Below, piece by piece: positions 24,754 to 31,532 of a DNA stretch of 31,532 bases. Within the stretch, counting starts at the first letter, position 1; the number at the start of each line of letters is the position of its first letter. Made by a program: the position numbers and the translations under genes. This stretch comes from Sarea resinae (lineage: Eukaryota). The stretch spans positions 62,001 to 93,532 of the forward strand of contig JAPEUD010000087.1 in assembly GCA_026026165.1 (NCBI GenBank). Direction: 5' to 3'. Below the pieces are notes generated by a model, which saw nothing but the letters and a program-made list of their open reading frames with translations, had not been told where the DNA came from and did not search any database.

Positions 24754-25019
24754 CTCTGTCACGAAGACTCCATCACATTGAGGCCTATGGACTGATTTCG
24801 GTGCTTATTGATTCATCGATAGACATTATACGTGGTATTATTGAAACGAGGGGTATCATGGCCTACAACTATTCTGTGATTCTGTCATATTAAAATGCTC
24901 CTATGGATTTCCCTGCCGCTTTCCGTTGCTCCAAGACTCCGTATATCCCCCGCGAAAGCATCGCTTTGAGGTCAATAATTCGCAGTCATCGCAACAGTCA
25001 TCGCCGTAGTTTCGACAGC

Positions 25020-26117
25020 TCATCGTACCTCCGACCGGTGCTCGCTTCGATGACGATGTCTGTCACGATGCCTATCCGACCTGTGATGATGCCGTTCGTG
25101 GTTCCTACTGAGACTCCTTTGCCGATGCGAATGATGCGAATGTCTATGTCTGTCATGCCGAGTGGCTCCCCTCTCGTCTCTCGAGGGCGGGTGGTCTAGA
25201 CTGAACCCCTCCAGACCATCTTCGGCTTCATCCCTCCGCCGTTTTCGGTGTCGTCTTTCCTGCTCTCTCTGCAGAGCTCGCATTTCGTTTTGCCATTCTT
25301 CTGTCCATTTTGATTTTTCTCTCTCCACGTCCTTTAGCACCTTGACTCCCCTTTTAATGCTCGCCAACGGATCCATGCTATTGATTCGCATCATATCTCT
25401 ATCCTTCCTTCCCTTGTCTTCATTACCCCAAACATCCTTGCCGTTCTCTTCTGGGAGGACATCTCCATTTTTGTCCTCAACCGAAGAGTACCATGGCTTT
25501 TCAAGCTTTTGCTTGAATCCCGCTGCATTGGAAAAGCGCATAGTATATTGGTCTTCAAACTCTCGCTTCTTCCTTGCTGCTTCGGCCTCTGCTTCCGGGT
25601 TCTTCTCCTTGCGAGCTTGAGCTTCCTGAGGGAACAGGTTGATATGGCCGGTACTGTCACTCAATGGAGCATCGCTAGTCTTTTTCTTGGTTGTTAGAGC
25701 GACCGTAGACTCGTCTGTGGCCGGTCCATTCGTGACAGCTTCCTTAGCTAATCTAATGTCACGATCGGTATCATCCTCGCCGGCCAGTTTTCTTCGTTTA
25801 CGCTCCCCCGCGCGATCGAACCTCGGAGCTCGCTCATGATGCAGAGATTCTGGAGTCGTGCTAATAGCAGGCGGTGGTGACGACGGTTTTTCCCCTCGAA
25901 GTAATTGCATGCGCCTCTGCGCGTCAACCTCCTGCATCCGGTTCTCTTCTTCCTCCTCTTTCGCTTTCGCTGCTGCCTCATCCTGGCGAACCCTTGCGAT
26001 ATTGTCGGCATTGTAGACATTCCATGACTTCTTGCCGAGCAAATGACTGCTAGGCATCAGCAACATGTCTCATGTGAGTTAGTAGACAACATGAGGGGCC
26101 AGTGCTTACAGAGGCAT
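25020..26117 (-). CDS. Cir_N-domain (CIR1/LENG1-like) nuclear, probably splicing-associated protein, ~344 aa, 2 exons
   Basis: An 8-nt first coding exon at 26117-26110 (ATGCCTCT), an intron at 26109-26047 (GTAAGC...GCTGAT...TAGCAG) and exon 2 at 26046-25020 give MPLHLLGKKSWNVYNADNIARVRQDEA, the Cir_N-type start. It also has a GHINLF motif, KPWY, and an R/H/D/S-rich C-terminal tail. Confidence 0.85.
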
Positions 26118-26616
26118 GGCTGAACACAGGAGGGAGGCTTTTAGCTACCAAGCTGCCACCCGGGAGTGCCAGCTCGTGAACGAATGCTAGAACGTTATGG
26201 TAAGGAGACGTGGACTGTTCAATAGGTGGATGCGACGATGGCAGGACGGACTGGAGTGGCGGGAGGGCGAGCAGCGGGTGGCGGCGATCGGCACTACGTA
26301 ATTCCGGCTGTATCATGCTGCCCCGTCATCGGGCGAGGTACTACGAGTACACCTTCCGCCTTCAACGTTGAGAGCATAGGTGGATGCCTCAATCCCATAC
26401 ACGACCTACACATCATCAGAACAACTATCCTCCGCATTGTCAACACCTGTCATCTTTTCAGTCCCTGCATACAAGAAATCACGAATAGCTCTCGATCCAT
26501 CTCTGCTTTATAGCTTCAAGTTCATGATTTGATCTTCTGCGCATACGTTGATGATAGCTGGTTCCCCTTGGTCCTGTCCTTAATATCCAGTCTTACCTCC
26601 GCCTTTCCCCTTCACG
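26118..26616. promoter_or_regulatory. Probable bidirectional promoter / 5'UTR region between the divergent Cir_N gene and SEC18
   Basis: The two start codons face away from each other ~500 bp apart. There is a pyrimidine-rich leader before the SEC18 ATG. Individual elements were not mapped. Confidence 0.6.
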
Positions 26617-29370
26617 ATGTTTAATCGCAACAATCTACCATCAGTGCCCAATGTCTTCGGCTCACGCTCTGATGGTGCTGGTCGTCCTTCGCCACGAGAG
26701 GGTTATGGACGACCGAGCCAAGGTGGCCACGACTCCCGGGTAGGCGGGGGCTACCCGGAACCCAAAGCTCAACGACCGCCAGTCGGTAGGCCAGCCCCTG
26801 GTGGAAGATCAAATGGAGGGGGAGGTTCTGGGCGCACCTACCAGTTGACTCCAGCCAAGAGTCCAAACCTAGCGTACACCTTTGGGAATCTGTGAGTAAA
26901 TTCGTCAAACCCTCTATTGGCCCAATGTCCAGTGTTGCTCATGTTCGACAGTGTCGCGGTGTCACCCTCGGACATCCCCCCTTCCCAGGACGGATCGGAT
27001 ATCTACCTTTTGATCAATGGTACTTTTGTATTCACAGCCAGACCCTTTAATGGGTTTCCTCCAGGCCAAATCAGTCTTTCCGACCCTCAACGATCGTGGG
27101 CGCAAATCGCCTTGACCGATGTCGTTCATGTCCAGATCTACGATCCGTTTACGCATGGCGGTCAGGCATATCTTGGTTCAGTGGATGCCGAGGTGGGCTT
27201 TGCAGGGTCGAAAAGAACGGATGTACCGTATGATCAAGATGAGCTAGCACAACACTTCATCAGAGTGGGTCTCGCATGAAGCTCTTCTATTGCTATTAGA
27301 TGCAGCTGCTAACTCTTTCACAGAATTTTGAAAATCATATGTTGGCCCCTGGCCAAAAGATTTTGATGGACCATAAGAGCATCCCCCTCCTTTTCACTAT
27401 ACGCACAGTTCAGCTGGTGGATCTGTCGATGGAGAAGCCTGGTTCCTCAGCGGCGCCAACCATGTCGGATCCGCTGTCTCGAGGCATCATGACACGCCAC
27501 ACGCCGATGAATTTCTACAAGGACGCGAAGACGTCCATCAATCTAAAGCCATCGAACAGAAGACCGGCTGCGAATTCAATCATCCAGCCGAATTTCAAAT
27601 TTGAGGATATGGGCATTGGTGGTCTCGACACGGAGTTTAGCGCAATTTTTCGGAGAGCTTTTGCGTCTCGCATATTTCCTCCAGGCCTTGTGGAGAAGCT
27701 CGGGATTCAGCATGTCAAAGGAATTTTACTTTATGGCCCACCCGGAACTGGAAAGACCTTGATTGCTCGACAAATCGGGAAGATGCTCAATGCTAGGGAG
27801 CCAAAGGTCATCAACGGCCCTGAGGTTCTGAATAAGTTCGTCGGACAGTCCGAGGAGAATATTCGAAAACTTTTCGCGGACGCCGAGAAGGAGTACAAGG
27901 AGAAGGGTGATGAGAGTGGTCTTCATATAATTATTTTCGACGAACTCGACGCAGTCTGTAAGCAGAGAGGGAGTGGTTCTGCGGGCGGTACAGGAGTTGG
28001 GGATAGCGTCGTCAACCAGCTGCTATCAAAGGTGTGTTTCTCTCGTACAATATCTTGCTATTTCATTGTCCTATTTCGAAGATTTCATGCTAATGAATTT
28101 CCTTATAGCTCGACGGCGTTGATCAACTGAATAACGTCCTGCTGATTGGCATGACCAATCGTATGGATATGATCGATGATGCTTTGCTTCGTCCCGGTCG
28201 TTTGGAGGTTCACATGGAGATCTCTCTACCGGACGAGCACGGCCGTGCTCAGATTCTTAAGATCCACACAGCAAAAATGGTCACGAACAATGTAATGGAC
28301 AGCGATGTGGATCTGGCAGAGCTCGCACGGGAAACAAAGAACTTCTCGGGAGCAGAAATTGGAGGACTCGTCAAATCCGCTTCATCTTTCGCGTTCAACC
28401 GACATGTCAAGGTCGGAACAGTCGCGGGTATTAGCGACGACATCGTCAACATGAAGGTCAACCGCCAGGATTTCCTCAATGCTCTTGAAGAAGTGAAGCC
28501 TGCGTTCGGTGTTTCGGAAGAGGAGCTGGAAATGTGTATCCGACGCGGGATCATCCACTTCTCGCCATATATTGAAAACATCCTGGACGAAGGCCGTCTA
28601 TTCACAAAACAAGTCCGACAATTGGACTCCACTCCTCTCCTTTCAGTCCTGTTACATGGCCCGCCAGGAAGCGGCAAGACGGCTCTCGCTGCGAAGATCG
28701 CCATCGACTCTGGATTTCCCTTCATTAAACTGGTGAGCCCAGAGGATATGGTGGGCTTCAACGAGATGATGAAGATTCAGCACCTTAACAAGGTTTTCAT
28801 GGATGCATACAAGAGCCCGCTTAACGTGGTTGTCATTGATAATATTGAGTTACTCGTGGATTGGGTGCCTATCGGCCCTCGGTTCAGTAACTCTGTTTTG
28901 GTTGCTTTGAAAGTCCTCCTGAGCAAACAGCCCCCTAAGGTACGCTCATACCCTCTTATAGCTATCTTGCCGCTGCTTGCTGCATCATGTGCTTGATAAG
29001 CCCGAATTTGGCTTCAGTGCCGCTGACAAACGTCTAACAGGGTCGCCGGTTGCTAATTCTTGGCACCACCACTGAACGCTCTGTGCTTCAGCAACTCGAT
29101 CTATTCAAATCTTTCGATGCCGAAATCGCCGTGCCGAACGTCAGCACGCACACGGAGCTGAAGCACATCCTCAACGAGTCGGGTACCTTCTCGGAGCAAG
29201 ACCAGAACCGGGCCATTGGTGAGATCAGAGAGACGACGCAAGGCGACGAGGTCGGCGTCGGCATCAAGAAGATCCTCACGGGTATCGAGACGGCGAGGCA
29301 GGATGAGGATATGCCTGGACGATTCGCTCGGGTCATCAGCAGGGCGATTGCTGAGAGAGCTTACTCGTAA
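26617..29370 (+). CDS. SEC18: Vesicle-fusing ATPase NSF/Sec18 (AAA+), ~818 aa, 5 exons
   Basis: Exons 26617-26891, 26952-27264, 27324-28031, 28109-28939 and 29041-29370 (2457 nt). It has the NSF-diagnostic MGIGGLDTEFSAIFRRAFASRIFPP. D1: Walker A GPPGTGKT, Walker B IIIFDELD, SRH MTNRMDMIDDALLRPGR. D2: Walker A GPPGSGKT and VPIGPRFSN. Confidence 0.97.
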
Positions 29371-29837
29371 GCAGGTCTGGTGGTATTGGCAGTGAGCGAT
29401 CTGTGTATGTTATGGGCGGCGGGCGGCGTCTGTTATCGCCAAGGCTAGGCTGGGCTGGACGTTCGATGTACCGATTGAGTGACTGAGTGAGTGAGTGGTT
29501 GATTGATGACCTTAGCTCTGTCCGGACTTGTTCTGCTTCTTTGTCATTCGGGCAGGGGTAAAGATGTCAATGTACTGTCGGGGATCATGTTATAGATGAG
29601 TGATTTCTGGAATTTATACTCTAGATGCTAGCTAGATACAGCCTTCTCTTTCCCCTGTCTACGAGGGTAGAGTAGTATTACTACAAGACCATAACGTAGA
29701 ATGGAAAATTGATGACGATCATCATCCATACTGATCCTCCATCCATTAGTTTTCTTTCCTCTTTCGTCTCTGATTTTCGAATTCATTACCTCGGGTCTTC
29801 TAAGATGGATAGATATCCACATGTGTATAAATATAAA

Positions 29838-31103
29838 TACCTACCTACCTACCTTTTGGATATGGAAAGCGGGCTTCAACCGTATAACAGCAGCGGCGCA
29901 TGGATAGAGATACTCTCTCTACCCTCTACCATCTACCCTCGATATCATCTCATCTCATCTCATCTCGGGATACCCGACCCCGTTCTCGAAGTCTTGCATG
30001 CAGGAATGCCAATGCCAATGCCAATGCCGGCATTTCCTCATTCGGCAATGGGAGCTTGCTTGCGTCCTTACTACGTACGGAGTAGGTATTCATGGACCGG
30101 CCACCTAGGGACCCGACCATGGACCCGACCATGGATCCCACCCAGCTCATCTCATCCCATGTGCGTGCGTTTGTTGTTTGGCGCTGCTCCTGAGGGAGGT
30201 CGGGAAGGAGAGGAGAGTCGAGCGGAGGGGAGGGTTTGGTTCGGCTTGGGCCGTGCGGTTCCTCGGGCTTCTTGGCGGGGGATCCATGGATGGGATGGCA
30301 TTGGGATGTGGATGGGGATGTCGTAGGGCCGGATATAAAGGTACTCCTGTCCCTGTATGTATGATTGGTACGAGGACTGGAGGGATTATGAAGGCAGGTA
30401 CCTTAGGCAGGTAGGTACCTTCAATGGGTTCAGACAGATGAGTCGGAGTGATAGTAGAGTACTCCGGAGTAGGTGAGGTAAGGTACAGCAGTACAGTACG
30501 GGGGGCAGAATAATGGACGGATACATACTAAAGGTACCTCACTGGGGCCTTGGATCCCTGAAGACGTCATGGTGCGACGTGGGAGCCCCTTGTCATATTT
30601 TGACTTCCGTCAGTAGTAGAGTACTCGCACTTCACTACTCCGGAGTACTCTGTTGCCGCCGAGAGTCGAATCCGCTCTGAATGGCATGTTTCGTACTTTA
30701 GAAGCGTCGCCAAGGAAAGGGAAGGGAAGAGAAGGGAAGGGAAGGGAGACAGAGCCCATCTCATCTACTCCGGAGCACTCGTCCTGCTACGCAAGGCAGA
30801 CCTCTCCAATGCGAATCTACTCCGAGTAGGTAGGTATTGAATACAGTACTCGTATCGCAAAGCTGTAACCGCGGTGGCGGGCATCAGTGCGGGCATCAGT
30901 GCGTGCGATCAAGTGACGACTCCTGAGACTGGACGTTGCTCGTATCCAATCCATTGGGTACGCAATGGGGGCTTCCATCCATCTAGATCCTCGACTGTCG
31001 CTCGTCCCCTCTCTCTCTCTCTCCCTCGTTCTCGGTGGCTGCAGATCTGCTCCGAGTATCTGCTCCTCACCACCGTCATCCATCCTCCTCCTCCTCCTCC
31101 TCT
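29838..31103. repeat. Intergenic region rich in short tandem repeats downstream of SEC18
   Basis: (TACC)4 at 29838-29853; (CATCT)4 at 29946-29965; (AATGCC)4 at 30005-30028; GGACCCGACCAT x2 at 30109-30132; a GGGAA-rich purine tract at ~30713-30747; GCGGGCATCAGT x2 at 30877-30900; (CT)n at ~31009-31023; (CCT)n at ~31084-31103. Confidence 0.85.
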
Positions 31104-31532
31104 TCCTCGGATCTGCCATGCATACCCGGCGTACTTTAATTCGGACAGTGTCTGAGACACCATACCTAGGTAGGCACGGACGAGCAGCATCTCGTCATAC
31201 GCTCAGCTACCTGCTGTAAGAGGCTCTCCGCTTTACTTTTGGGGGAGGTGGGAAGTGTGTTTGATATTGGCGTGTGCGCCTCTCGTTCACCCTGTCCCTT
31301 TGGATGGAGAAGACTGAGCGTGTTCGAGAAACATGTGTGCTGGTAGAACGCGCGCGTTCTGAGGCGGGTTGGATACCCCACCTTCCCTCGTTCCATCGTC
31401 GCCCTCCCCCCCCCACGCTAGGAACTTACGTCTGCTGGCCAGGTGGGCATCGGGAAGGTGCTGCATAGCATGGCTCATACGTAGGTAGGTACGCAACGGG
31501 AATGCCATAGTGCCAAAGAAGTCACGAATGAG

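Noticed and set aside
29709..30326. 205-aa plus-strand ORF after SEC18
   Set aside because: Built from microsatellites (PMPMP, HLISSH, TRPWTRPW) with no domain signal.
30460..30830. CRISPR-like or MITE interpretation of the spaced palindromes
   Set aside because: The context is eukaryotic, the repeats are only ~12 bp with ~170-bp gaps, there are no cas genes, and no extended terminal inverted repeats or target-site duplication are evident.

Overview
This is eukaryotic genomic DNA from a filamentous ascomycete (Pezizomycotina-type; species not determinable). It has short spliceosomal introns with CTRAC-type branch sites. I reconstructed eight intron-containing genes by hand, and each spliced CDS sums to a multiple of 3. 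In order they are: a TPT/nucleotide-sugar transporter (+), a ~2390-aa group X hybrid histidine kinase (kinase-like/AAA/GAF/HisKA/HATPase/REC, +), a cytochrome b561 protein (+), a TBC Rab-GAP (+), an OPT/YSL-family transporter (+), a PRMT3/Rmt3-type arginine methyltransferase (-), a Cir_N/LENG1-like protein (-) and SEC18/NSF (+). I could not support any tRNA, rRNA, CRISPR array or intact transposon. The gene set is ordinary housekeeping and signalling content, and I see no clear evidence of a new multi-gene system. The most unusual signals are: three frame-preserving micro-exons (6, 12 and 12 nt); a probable GC-AG intron; a local zone of very high GC3, longer introns and microsatellites at the convergent OPT/PRMT3 3' ends; an imperfect inverted repeat bracketing the last OPT exon; and recurrent TACTCCGGAGTA / AGGTACCT-type palindromes in intergenic DNA.
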